Virus record (IMG/VR): IMGVR_UViG_3300027770_000174
Coordinates: 1 to 32,785 of that record
Length of the DNA: 32,785 nt
Strand: one strand, 5' to 3'
From: a virus
Lineage: Duplodnaviria; Caudoviricetes
Part shown: positions 10,901 to 17,851 of the stretch, in pieces
Numbering within the stretch: the stretch's first letter is position 1
Layout of the letters: every line of letters starts with the position of its first letter
Position numbers and translations under genes: made by a program
Notes under the pieces: generated by a model
Told to the model about the DNA's origin: nothing
Seen by the model: the letters and a program-made list of their open reading frames with translations, nothing else
Databases searched by the model: none

Positions 10901-11422
10901 GTTAATCATTTGAACTCCACCATCTTGAATAACTTTATTCATGATTTGAAGCTCTTGTCTTGCTAAAGCAGTTTTATTTTTTACTGCGTCAAGACCTTGT
11001 GGGATATGTACGCTATATTGCATAAGCCCTTGAGCGTTTTTACCCATTGGCTGTATAATTGCATTTTGTAATGCGACCTGTTGTTTAGCAAGGTCTCTAA
11101 TTAACCCGCCCTGAGTTTTTGTATGTTGTTGAAATGTCTGAAAGTATTGCTTCAGCTTCATTTGGCCCCTGTCTAGGTTGGTGCCAAACTTTTCAACATC
11201 TGATGTTAGTGTAACAAAATGTGATGCAAATTGACCAGTTCTTCTTAGGTTTTCACCAAAAGATCTGTTCATAGTCGCTACTTGACTTGCAAGTCTTGCA
11301 TCCGACTGAATTATTTGTGCTTGAAGTTTAGATAGGGAGGCTGCAACCTTATTGACATCTGCAATAAGACCTGAGAAATTAGCATTAGCAACTATATTAG
11401 TTACAATATTTTCATCAGCCAT
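4982..11422 (-). CDS. Tail tape measure protein (TP901-family core) with internal cargo segments
   Basis: 2146 aa, Ala/Gln/Lys-rich and helical, downstream of the chaperone pair. TP901-type core ('GINASEGANALKSALASLINPT'), hydrophobic segments, 'GYGGGDSVPALLEPGESVI', and C-terminal 'ALGGPVIAGQTYAIND' motifs. Confidence 0.95.
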   Translation of the reverse strand: MADENIVTNIVANANFSGLIADVNKVAASLSKLQAQIIQSDARLASQVATMNRSFGENLRRTGQFASHFVTLTSDVEKFGTNLDRGQMKLKQYFQTFQQHTKTQGGLIRDLAKQQVALQNAIIQPMGKNAQGLMQYSVHIPQGLDAVKNKTALARQELQIMNKVIQDGGVQMINWGKNTQWAGRQLTVGLTVPLAAFGMASAKAFREADAELTRLTKVYGGIAATSSADLSKIRNEVSATAKEISKAYGVSFKDTITLAADIAATGKQGNDLLASVKETSRLAVLGEVDRQDAMKATLAIQNTFKQNTDQLSESINFLNAVENQTSTSLADLIEAIPKAGPVIQGMGGSVKDLALYLTAMKEGGINASEGANALKSALASLINPTKVAKGMFADMGIDLGGIVAKNAGNLTDTITELQKALDSLDPLQKQKAIEQLFGKFQFARMNALFANLGKQGSQTLQVMDLMKSSSAELAGVAGRELSMVTESASGKYRRALEGLKADLASMGEEFLKVQTFFINVTDGILKFINKLPAPVKTILTFVTGLTAIIGPVIMLTGVLANFFGYIIKGASHFRSLFKGGEGWKMLTPEILAAQKAGSLVEATFYSDAKAATVLKTAIAGLVTEFELLQNKAMTGAVSVAPAMSTMAGNLVKGSNGRVVNPNHALISPEDTRSMSHLNPVAGMTGDQKAAQTIFGVVPGAPKVNQKIGNNPQMYMNGDLPKIQGLTSIGGASTGIVAAEAAKWHSMTGALAMQSQAEIELLKKEVAATGLITTSLSDSYQALLPTMTKLTANAATASAAIVAELQADKINVDQARAKIIQLNAQVESMIAQASIDIAGQQGRTIGLTTVPLLNQPVVNNAGKSNMKELLRPGRTRSLLNKIASGLGVRTFGAGYSTETTMPKRFETGTVAYRGGYASPMAKLKAAEMLANFAKRSGLIGGLKTTARRSARAGGQKGAGITYGELSKRKSSIYDDPEMQAYGITPTTKGVGQDNEYLIHGYGKSFNNATKGLDRQGSSPILRQDQYEQYGIEMSAATAKHSALQVAPTQFIKNRKGFNEGLRDGTATPGDFRKVEGSDMVSLLLFLKDQKVKPEVAKTIANRAADVLNQQVLNHRGVINEATFGSMLNRASVRAIDSAYKPSMVRSINHMGSDAHSKNQGLFPRPYADGGVNIPGYAGGVTRLDGYGGGDSVPALLEPGESVITKTGTRKNEGALHLMNAGYSVDEMMGFEEGVVGLRQAASQGFQSQTSKGYLGKGLMKRPEGGGMGMGTQMGIMMGGAAVGQSIGGGMGTAITAAATILPMLPFQKILPLISRADKSVGLLTHGLGLAGKAAGLLTRMLPGAAVITTLYLLYKGYQSWQKQIADTRREHVMLNGITEKGAKEAGISYKNIGNSIKDVREQLKLQKEAGLSAYDAMTPSGVSGLTLTITQLKELKKTAKETMPELVGTFNSIDSSKVTDLAVNLKAQFVAAGMSAQDATNKIYAIIEASNKIGQGFGAIASSGFKAITDRGSAATTIVNSLLVALQEIDTIDPKAFASNVDTVISSLDAAATALVGTKDAQGKTITQADALITQFEKLKSLGADREKLGAKALEHLKKERPDLAAILKSSDSIAGVYAKWRVLLAGVNIDLRSITSEQAMGIAAYETALNMAASASISNDKKGGALATANAKTKSLTDSIKAGEKAIKSAQKTEAGFSKAKIKAIQDEIKAIGDRADAKRKALSDTVDAENTELELKKLQLEAQSALARGDRDAAEAANLSIEQLIKETQLKKASDKVTENEKKEKAVQQKLLDDDQSIKDKQQDKITKYTNNGETFAEQLAQINAIKTALSQLAIDQVENNALKDPTKKAEGQKSLDGQLQTILAGLEKSSDIVQKAFPGYVDSKTNKAIATKIVGLPGGPSAMTGAGGEFQKLVAEIQGGAKANFTAMADSIKGGADLAMVVKAMGGTVNKSKALTQADITAAIKEKANSPKQYLKDQTKDDESLEEGVRKAIIEKYGFKAGDSFTFNNKTYNVRNRGGALPGIEAVLTNKALGGPVIAGQTYAINDRLNPLGYQQEGFTPFTPQMSGIIHPNAATMPRYNIASGEVTGMRGGVNSSYNNNSYSISIALNGTNVTADDVVRRFKQEMALVNAKEGRSKNVGGSV

Positions 11423-11433
11423 TTATATTTATG

Positions 11434-11805
11434 TTACTCCTCTGTGTAGCCTAGACCTGCACCAATTCCAAACCCTGCTTGCGCTGCTATACTTCCTTGT
11501 AAAGAAACTATATCATCACCTGAAGCCTTTATACCAAGAGCTCTTCTTTGTATATCTTCAAAAGTTTTTCCTTGCTGTTGTGAGTCTTCCTCATCTATAT
11601 CTATATTGATTCCTTTAAGGCTTGCCGTAAACTTTCTGTCTTCCGACTTTTGCTTCTTAAAAGATTTCAATGTTTGAATAAGTTCTGGCATTGAAAGACT
11701 TTCTTCTAGTTCATCGTAATTCTTCCAGTGACCCAGAAGAAATACTTCACCCTCTAAAGCGGCTAAATCTAATTCTGACCAGCCAGAACCGCTGCCGCTA
11801 GAAGG
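11434..11805 (-). CDS. Tail assembly chaperone, frameshift extension (gpT-like part of the gpGT fusion)
   Basis: The -1 frame is open from 11820 to the stop at 11434 and is entered at the slippery heptamer. The listed 85-aa ORF (11691) is only its 3' part. Confidence 0.85.
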   Translation of the reverse strand, partial: PSSGSGSGWSELDLAALEGEVFLLGHWKNYDELEESLSMPELIQTLKSFKKQKSEDRKFTASLKGINIDIDEEDSQQQGKTFEDIQRRALGIKASGDDIVSLQGSIAAQAGFGIGAGLGYTEE

Positions 11806-12101
11806 TTTGGGTCGTCCATCTTAATCCCACCACATACCTCAAGTATGCGATTGATTGTGGGGACGTCAAGTGCATCTTCTAATGCATCTCTATCTGCTAC
11901 CAATTCTGGTAGTTGTTTTTCAAGTGCTACTGCAACTGCGTCAATTAATACGTTGAGTGTTTGAGCCTCTGTAGTTGAATCGCTTGCTGCTTGTAGAACG
12001 AGCATGAATTTTCTTAGCTCTTTGATACTTAGGGGCTTCAACTTAACCGTTGAGCCATTTTGAAGCGTTACTTCTTCTACGCTATATACTGTTGTTGCCA
12101 A
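11769..12101 (-). CDS. Tail assembly chaperone (gpG-like)
   Basis: 110 aa between the major tail and TMP genes. TTG start with AGGAGG SD. 'VKLKPLSIKELRKF' is chaperone-like. Confidence 0.88.
   Translation of the reverse strand: MATTVYSVEEVTLQNGSTVKLKPLSIKELRKFMLVLQAASDSTTEAQTLNVLIDAVAVALEKQLPELVADRDALEDALDVPTINRILEVCGGIKMDDPNLLAAAVLAGQN
11805..11811 (-). other. -1 programmed ribosomal frameshift site C CCA AAC
   Basis: X XXY YYZ heptamer in frame (GAC CCA AAC) near the end of the chaperone gene. It falls in the only window (11820-11769) where both frames are open. Confidence 0.85.
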
Positions 12102-12130
12102 TTTAATCCTCCTAGGATCTAGTCTTAATT

Positions 12131-12159
12131 ATTATAACATATAGGTATTATCTACACAA
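12131..12159 (-). promoter_or_regulatory. Promoter TTGTGT-N17-TATAAT (extended TG) for the chaperone/TMP operon
   Basis: TGTTATAAT at 12139-12131, with TTGTGT 17 nt upstream of the hexamer, directly after the terminator. Confidence 0.7.
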
Positions 12160-12193
12160 ATGAGAAACCCCCAGTTTCCTGGGGGTTTTCATT
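12160..12193 (-). terminator. Intrinsic terminator after the major tail gene
   Basis: GAAAACCCCCAG-GAAA-CTGGGGGTTTCTC hairpin followed by a T-rich tail. It could be bidirectional. Confidence 0.85.
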
Positions 12194-12208
12194 AATAAAT
12201 TAAATTTA

Positions 12209-12916
12209 TTATGCTACTAGTACACGGTCAATAATCTTGCCGTATTCTGAGCCAGAATAGTTAGCATCTGGTAGAAGACGGAAAGTCACTGGGAATGTGG
12301 TTGGAGTAGTACGTGCAAGAGAGTGCTGTGACTGTTGTACAGACAAAACACGACGTGCATAATATACACGCTCTGACGATGTTGATCCTGCTGTTGGAGC
12401 TTGTCCAACTGCAATTAATTGACGCTCTGTTGGAGCGGCTCCTAGGGAACCTGCTGCAATCTTAAGTGTATCAACCTTAGTTACGCCAGTTCCTGTTGTT
12501 GAAAGTGAATCTGCTGATTGTCCGAATACGGTTACAATGTTTTCTAAAGTACCTTCTGACATTTCTGTTGCGATCATAACTTCCATTGCAGACTTGAACA
12601 GTTTAGCTGTATCAAGTAACTGATCTACTGTTACTGAATCGTATGTTGGGTTGTATGTGATTTGAAGACCATTGTTGGTGAAACCAACGTTACGGTATCC
12701 AAATAGTCCTGCTGATTGGTTTACACCATTAAGTGTGCTTACGTATGATACTCCTGACGCGAACGCTGGAACTCCTACTGTATTTGCACCCGATGCAATT
12801 GCAACGCCTGCTTCTGCGTTAGCGATATAATCTGCATCGTTAATGTCAACGTTCGACAAGAACAATGGAGATGCGCCAACTAGAATATTTTTAGCATTAC
12901 CTACGGATTGTGCCAT
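12209..12916 (-). CDS. Major tail (tube) protein
   Basis: 'NILVGASPLF', 'VGFTNNGLQITYNPTYDSVTVDQL' and 'TTFPVTFRLLPD' siphovirus tube motifs. Strong AGGAGG SD, followed by a terminator and then the chaperone. Confidence 0.92.
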   Translation of the reverse strand: MAQSVGNAKNILVGASPLFLSNVDINDADYIANAEAGVAIASGANTVGVPAFASGVSYVSTLNGVNQSAGLFGYRNVGFTNNGLQITYNPTYDSVTVDQLLDTAKLFKSAMEVMIATEMSEGTLENIVTVFGQSADSLSTTGTGVTKVDTLKIAAGSLGAAPTERQLIAVGQAPTAGSTSSERVYYARRVLSVQQSQHSLARTTPTTFPVTFRLLPDANYSGSEYGKIIDRVLVA

Positions 12917-13003
12917 AGTTATTTTCCTCCTATTTATAAAAATATATATATATTGTTGTAAATCATTAAATCTTGGCTGGCTAGGCCCTTCCCTCTATGT
13001 ACA

Positions 13004-13032
13004 ATAATAGAGTATAATGCGCCCAAAGGCAA
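13004..13032 (-). promoter_or_regulatory. Promoter TTGCCT-N17-TATTAT for the major tail gene
   Basis: Exact 17-nt spacer. The same -35 hexamer (TTGCCT) occurs upstream of the protease gene. Confidence 0.65.
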
Positions 13033-13033
13033 A

Positions 13034-13546
13034 TTAAAGGAATCTGCCAGTCGTGTCTAGGTGTCTTGCGTATTTGACCTCAAGAATTACATCTGAGGAT
13101 AAGAACCCTGCTAATTCTTCAGATGGGGCTGTTGGAGAAATGTCGGCAACAAATATGCTAAAGAATTTAAACTTGCTAGATATGCCAGAATAGGCATTTG
13201 CGTCCCTAGCCGAATCATCCATTCTCCTGAATAGGTCTGTCATTAAATTTCTAATCTCATTAATCTCTGAAACATCTGTTGAATATATGGTAAACAATAT
13301 CTGCTCACAGCATATTGCCCAGTTGTCCTCATATGATAGTCCTATCTTATCGTAGACTATGTGCTTCTTCCCGCTCAAAAATTGGTTCATTTCTGGGGAT
13401 TGTTGTACAGGAATAATTGGAACAATCTCTTGTCCTATATTATCTGAATAATAATCGGTAGCTGTAAAAATACTATTGGATTTTAATTGAGCCCAAAGGT
13501 ACTTTCTTAAATCAAGCATTATGTCTGCTTTATAATCTACGGTCAT
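13034..13546 (-). CDS. Tail terminator / tail completion protein
   Basis: 170 aa immediately before the major tail gene, with an alpha/beta pattern ('IVYD...ILFTIYS..EINEIRN'). Confidence 0.7.
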   Translation of the reverse strand: MTVDYKADIMLDLRKYLWAQLKSNSIFTATDYYSDNIGQEIVPIIPVQQSPEMNQFLSGKKHIVYDKIGLSYEDNWAICCEQILFTIYSTDVSEINEIRNLMTDLFRRMDDSARDANAYSGISSKFKFFSIFVADISPTAPSEELAGFLSSDVILEVKYARHLDTTGRFL

Positions 13547-14325
13547 TATACCCCTCCAAATGCTGAAGCAATTGCTGACTCAGCTTGCATGTTTAATGTG
13601 TTTGCAGAAAAAGAATATTTAACTTTTTTTACATCTGAAGGAAGTCTCATTGCTTTAGTTAATGATGAATTAAATATTTGTTGAAATCCTGATCTTTTAA
13701 TTGATAGATTTACTAGGTTACCAGTAAAGAATCTTGCATATGCAATTTGGAATCTTCCTGTAGCTTTGCCTCCACCAGGCCTTGTAACGGTCACTGAGGC
13801 CCCTATAGGCATGTAGACTGTTCCAGTACTAGTTTCAAATACTAAGCGCTTAGCAGCCCTTGGGCTAATTATTACAGGCATTCCAGCTTCCATCACAGAA
13901 GCTTTATTTTTAAATACATATTTTCTTTTGCCAAATGAATTGGGAACGGATGATTTAGACATTAAAAATGTTGATCCTAATTTAAAAGATAATCCATTTC
14001 TTTCCGTTACATTTAATTTAAATAGTCTAGATCCAGAATTGCCAACCTTATTCCACTCATACACATGATGCAAGGATTGAGGATTTACTCTAGCCTGTGC
14101 ATCTACATACAGACCAAAATCTTGTTGAAGTTGTTTAAAAATGACAGATTGAAATCTAGATTGAAATTGCTTGTTTGTTGTTATCTTGGATACTACCTCA
14201 GCTTGATAATATATTGCTGCAGATATTTGAGCAACGGTACTATCTTTTAAAATAGCCCCCTTAGTGCCCACCATGGTTTTTTGTAAACCGCTGGCGGCAG
14301 TAACCAAAAGATTGCTATTGTCCAA
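13546..14325 (-). CDS. Neck / head-tail joining protein (HK97 gp10-like position)
   Basis: Basic protein containing 'FKNKASVMEAG...ISPRAAKRLVF...VTRPG'. The start is more plausibly TTG 14325 (short overlap with the upstream stop) than 14367. Confidence 0.6.
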   Translation of the reverse strand: MDNSNLLVTAASGLQKTMVGTKGAILKDSTVAQISAAIYYQAEVVSKITTNKQFQSRFQSVIFKQLQQDFGLYVDAQARVNPQSLHHVYEWNKVGNSGSRLFKLNVTERNGLSFKLGSTFLMSKSSVPNSFGKRKYVFKNKASVMEAGMPVIISPRAAKRLVFETSTGTVYMPIGASVTVTRPGGGKATGRFQIAYARFFTGNLVNLSIKRSGFQQIFNSSLTKAMRLPSDVKKVKYSFSANTLNMQAESAIASAFGGV

Positions 14326-14743
14326 TTGTCTGATTTTCCGATCTCTTGACAGTAGAGTTATATCCAATTACTGCGCCAAATGGATCTGTCATTGGAGTTA
14401 TTCCCATTAATTCATAAACCGTAGGGGTATTGCTAGGAAAGTTTAATTCTTCCCAGACAACGGTTCCTTCGGCATCTCTAATATTTGTAATTTTTTCTCT
14501 TAATGTTATTTTATCCGATGTTCTGATTTGAAGAATTTGATCGTTAGCATATTTATTAGATATAATTTGTTTATCTCCAGTTCGGCTTGAAGAGGAGTTG
14601 CTAATAATACCTTTTGCGCTGCATGGAACAGTTCTGTCAAACTGCCATTCTTTTTTTATTGATCCTGTGTCTGCATCTTGTAGGTCAAATTGTTTGTAGA
14701 TATCAATGAACATAGGCATAACGGAGTCAACAAGATCATACAT
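14315..14743 (-). CDS. Head closure / stopper protein (SPP1 gp16-like)
   Basis: 142 aa, beta-rich, 'QDADTGSIKKEW...TVPC'. Follows the adaptor gene with TAATG coupling. Confidence 0.65.
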   Translation of the reverse strand: MYDLVDSVMPMFIDIYKQFDLQDADTGSIKKEWQFDRTVPCSAKGIISNSSSSRTGDKQIISNKYANDQILQIRTSDKITLREKITNIRDAEGTVVWEELNFPSNTPTVYELMGITPMTDPFGAVIGYNSTVKRSENQTIGQ

Positions 14744-15723
14744 TAGATCACAACCATTTTGTTGATAACATATGGAAGAAGCAATTGATCTGCATAGAGA
14801 TTGCCAGTTCCTGAATATGTACCAGAATTGTACTCGAATTTCCAGTCAAATGTTTGTATTGACTTCATGTACTTATTACGCCAAACTTTATCCTTTGAGA
14901 AATAATCTTTCATTAATTCAATACATGCAAGATCAACTTCATCAGGAACTTCTTCCCATCCAAATCTACCTTGAACTCTGTATGTTACTCCTTGTTTGAA
15001 GACGCCATTCCATACATCATTAGTTGGAGGTGGAACCATACCATTTGCTGTATATACGGTATTATCAAGCATATTTGCTCTATTAATTCTTATTCCAAAT
15101 CCGCTCTCTGAAATAATTGTATTATAGTTCCAGTTATTAACATTGGTTAAAGTGTTTAGTAGCAGTATATCATTTTGATATAGCTCATGAAGTTCTGCTA
15201 ATTTATAAGGCAAAGGCAAAACATCAGATCCTGATCCATATGCTATTTGAACATCATCATACAAATAAAACTGTTGCTGAGTATATGCTTCAATTAATTT
15301 TCTAGCATATCTTTCAGCACTGCATAATTCAAAATATGATTTAGAATTAGGATCTGAAAAGTCAGATCCCAACCCTAAAGAATCAATTGCTTGACTCAAA
15401 TCTGTATACGGAGTCTGCACATAAATCTTATGGCTTTTTTCTGTAGAAACTGAACCAACTGTGTATGACCAATTTAGTCTAAGCTGTCTCTGTCTTGTGG
15501 TATATGATACTGGAATATATACTACGTATGTACCTGCATCTACTTCCGACTTTACCGCCGTTAATGTTGCAAGTATTGTTCCAGGGTTAATAGGTGGGGA
15601 TATTGCTGGATCTTCTGTAATGTCATATAGCCTAACAACTGGAAGACTGTCTGAGTCAGTTAGCTGCCCCTGCCAAAACACTTTGTGTGTTACTGGTGAA
15701 TTTGAACCTACTAGAATTTCCAT
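14743..15723 (-). CDS. Head-tail adaptor with N-terminal Ig-like extension
   Basis: C-terminal 'AERYARKLIEAYT...GRFGWEEVPDEVDLACIEL...ADQLLLPY' is an SPP1 gp15/HK97 gp6-like pattern. The first ~100 aa are beta-sandwich-like. Confidence 0.75.
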   Translation of the reverse strand: MEILVGSNSPVTHKVFWQGQLTDSDSLPVVRLYDITEDPAISPPINPGTILATLTAVKSEVDAGTYVVYIPVSYTTRQRQLRLNWSYTVGSVSTEKSHKIYVQTPYTDLSQAIDSLGLGSDFSDPNSKSYFELCSAERYARKLIEAYTQQQFYLYDDVQIAYGSGSDVLPLPYKLAELHELYQNDILLLNTLTNVNNWNYNTIISESGFGIRINRANMLDNTVYTANGMVPPPTNDVWNGVFKQGVTYRVQGRFGWEEVPDEVDLACIELMKDYFSKDKVWRNKYMKSIQTFDWKFEYNSGTYSGTGNLYADQLLLPYVINKMVVI

Positions 15724-15733
15724 TTAATAAAGG

Positions 15734-16141
15734 TTAAGCGTAGTACTCCTGAACTTCCTTTGGAGTTGCTAAGCGGAAACCCTCCTCCTTGTCAAAAATT
15801 TCTTGAGCGTCTTCTGATGTCATTGCGACAAAAGGATGCTCTTTGGTAAATGTGTAGTTAAGAATATCATATCTGTGATTCTCTCTAGTCATTCTGACCA
15901 GCATTGTATTTTCTGGCTGAGAATCAGGATTGAATCGTGGAAGAATTTCTTCTGAATCTTCGCTGAATTCATCTTCCGCCTTCTCGATATCTTTAATAGT
16001 CTTTTGGTATACAGACCATGTTACTCCCTCTTCGGCAAGAGCGGCAACAATATCGGCCTTATTTTTTAATCCATCAGTGTCAACTGCAAAGTCCTCTGCA
16101 ACTTTTCTGAGTTCTGCTACTTTTAATGTGTCAAATGACAT
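15734..16141 (-). CDS. Hypothetical protein with N-terminal HeH/Rho-N-like helix-extension-helix
   Basis: 'FDTLKVAELRKVAEDFAVDTDGLKNKADIVAAL'. AAAGGAG SD and its own promoter. Confidence 0.6.
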   Translation of the reverse strand: MSFDTLKVAELRKVAEDFAVDTDGLKNKADIVAALAEEGVTWSVYQKTIKDIEKAEDEFSEDSEEILPRFNPDSQPENTMLVRMTRENHRYDILNYTFTKEHPFVAMTSEDAQEIFDKEEGFRLATPKEVQEYYA

Positions 16142-16166
16142 ATTATCTCCTTTGTTAGGTTATTCA

Positions 16167-16175
16167 ATTATAGCA
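16167..16175 (-). promoter_or_regulatory. Extended -10 promoter TGCTATAAT
   Basis: Lies between the capsid terminator and the SD of 15734..16141. TTTTCA sits 17 nt upstream, within the terminator's 3' arm. Confidence 0.7.
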
Positions 16176-16184
16176 TTGTTAAAT

Positions 16185-16222
16185 TAAAATGAAAAGCCCC
16201 TAAAATTAATTAGGGGCCTTTC
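16185..16222 (-). terminator. Intrinsic terminator after the major capsid gene
   Basis: GAAAGGCCCCTAA-TTAATT-TTAGGGGCTTTTC hairpin followed by ATTTT. Confidence 0.85.
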
Positions 16223-16238
16223 GGGGGTTATTTCTTAA

Positions 16239-17291
16239 TTAAGAAGCAACCTTAACGTTCTTTACGACTACCCAAGCATCTGCTTGTTCAATCTGGACGC
16301 CAACACGAGTATACATTGTGTACTCAATTGAGTCCTTACGTGGCCAGAAGAAACGGTAAACAGTTACATCACGCTTGACACCAATAACTACGTTATTTGG
16401 GAATGACAAGTGGATATCTCCGTGTGAACCTGAAGCTCCTGAGTGTGTACCAGTCTGTGCTTCTGCAAGTAGCGGAACTTCGATGATCGGAATACCGAAC
16501 GCGAATGGTGCTACGTATCCTGCAGGTCCACCTAGTGGTGCGACTCCGCCACGGATTACGCTTGAAGCGATGTCCTGTGGAATTGTCTGGTTTGTTCCAA
16601 TACTGTTCTTGTATAGGAAGTCCTGAATCAAGTTTGATCCAGCAAGGAAGCGAAGGTCTGCACGACGTTGCTTGTACTTACGTGGCATAGCCTTAAGTGC
16701 CTTGTTGAATACTTCACGAGAAACTTCAGCACCTGCTGCGTCTACGACGCGACCTGATGCCTTTGCCTTCTTTACAACGCCATCAAATGACTTGTAAAGA
16801 GCGTCTCCTGTAAGAGATGTATCACCGTTTAGAATAACATCTTCGATGTCATTTCCTGCCTGTGTTGCCATCAAACGTGCAATATGATCTTCTAGATCTG
16901 CACCCTCGATGTTATCTTCTAGAGACTCAGTTGAAAGCTCCCAGTCCATGCGGAGTTTCTTTGTTGTTAAAGAAATTTTTGAGAAAGTTACTGCATTGTT
17001 AGCAGCGTCGTTATCTCCTTCAGTTGCAAGCTTCATAAGCTTCTCACCAACGGACATACGGTCAATCTCGGCTGTGTCTGACTTCATACGAACTGTACGT
17101 GCGACTTTGCCGATTACGGTTGCGTCGAACATATAGTCAAGGAAGCGAGCTGATTGTTCTGGATTTAGTAATCCGCCGTTACCTGCTTCTTGTGCTGTGT
17201 GAACACCTGTTACAGTGCTACCAGAAGAAGTAAAGGTACCGCGGGCTGTTGTGCCAGTTGCAATTGCTTTTTCTAATGTTTCATTACTCAT
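16239..17291 (-). CDS. Major capsid protein (HK97 fold)
   Basis: 'GGLLNPEQSARFLDYM', 'LSTESLEDNIEG', 'NDIEDVILNGD'. Follows the protease/scaffold gene and is followed by a terminator. Confidence 0.95.
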   Translation of the reverse strand: MSNETLEKAIATGTTARGTFTSSGSTVTGVHTAQEAGNGGLLNPEQSARFLDYMFDATVIGKVARTVRMKSDTAEIDRMSVGEKLMKLATEGDNDAANNAVTFSKISLTTKKLRMDWELSTESLEDNIEGADLEDHIARLMATQAGNDIEDVILNGDTSLTGDALYKSFDGVVKKAKASGRVVDAAGAEVSREVFNKALKAMPRKYKQRRADLRFLAGSNLIQDFLYKNSIGTNQTIPQDIASSVIRGGVAPLGGPAGYVAPFAFGIPIIEVPLLAEAQTGTHSGASGSHGDIHLSFPNNVVIGVKRDVTVYRFFWPRKDSIEYTMYTRVGVQIEQADAWVVVKNVKVAS

Positions 17292-17305
17292 TATTTATAC
17301 CTACC

Positions 17306-17851
17306 TTAGTTAAATATTTCGTTCACGGAACCGAGGAAAGAACCGTTCCATTTGGATTTTTTGATTGTTACTTCTTCTGATCGGCCAAGATCTGAAGACT
17401 TCTTAATTGCAGTCTCTGATTCTACTGCGTCGACACGCTTTTGTACACCATCAATCGTGCTCTTGATATCATTTACAGCACTTGAAAGTACTGTGTGTTG
17501 TTCTGCCAACTCTGAAATTCTAGCATCTACGCTCTTGCTGAAAGTCTCAACAGTCTCTTGGATTGTTGTAACTTGTGCAGCATTTGCTTCAGATGCCTTG
17601 TTTAGAGTTTCTGAGAAAAAGCCTTTTAGATCGCCTAACATCTTCGCAAAATCAGGTTCATCAACCTTATCTTCTGATACTTCGGCTGCTTTTTCCAGAG
17701 TCTCGGCAGGAGTGTCTTCTGCTACTGCATCTGCAGGAGCCTCAGCTGGTGCTGCATCTTCTGCAACAACTGCTGTATCTTCAACGGCTACTTCAACTGC
17801 TGCATCTACTGCAACATCTTCAGCAACTACGTTTTCTGTGTTTTCTGACAT
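17306..17851 (-). CDS. Nested in-frame scaffolding protein (181 aa, MSENTENVV...)
   Basis: AAGGAGGT at 17865-17858 lies 6 nt before the in-frame ATG 17851, exactly where the acidic/coiled-coil region starts. Confidence 0.75.
   Translation of the reverse strand: MSENTENVVAEDVAVDAAVEVAVEDTAVVAEDAAPAEAPADAVAEDTPAETLEKAAEVSEDKVDEPDFAKMLGDLKGFFSETLNKASEANAAQVTTIQETVETFSKSVDARISELAEQHTVLSSAVNDIKSTIDGVQKRVDAVESETAIKKSSDLGRSEEVTIKKSKWNGSFLGSVNEIFN

Noticed and set aside
14326-14367. ORF-track N-terminal extensions (14367; likewise 28548 and 30893)
   Set aside because: They overlap upstream genes more than needed. Downstream starts adjacent to the upstream stop codon fit the coupling pattern better.
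62-16690. Remaining short plus-strand ORFs (62, 2943, 4232, 4759, 5294, 5498, 6381, 11352, 14065, 14772, 15461, 15930, 16375, 16505)
   Set aside because: They lie largely antisense to well-supported structural genes and have no recognisable motifs.
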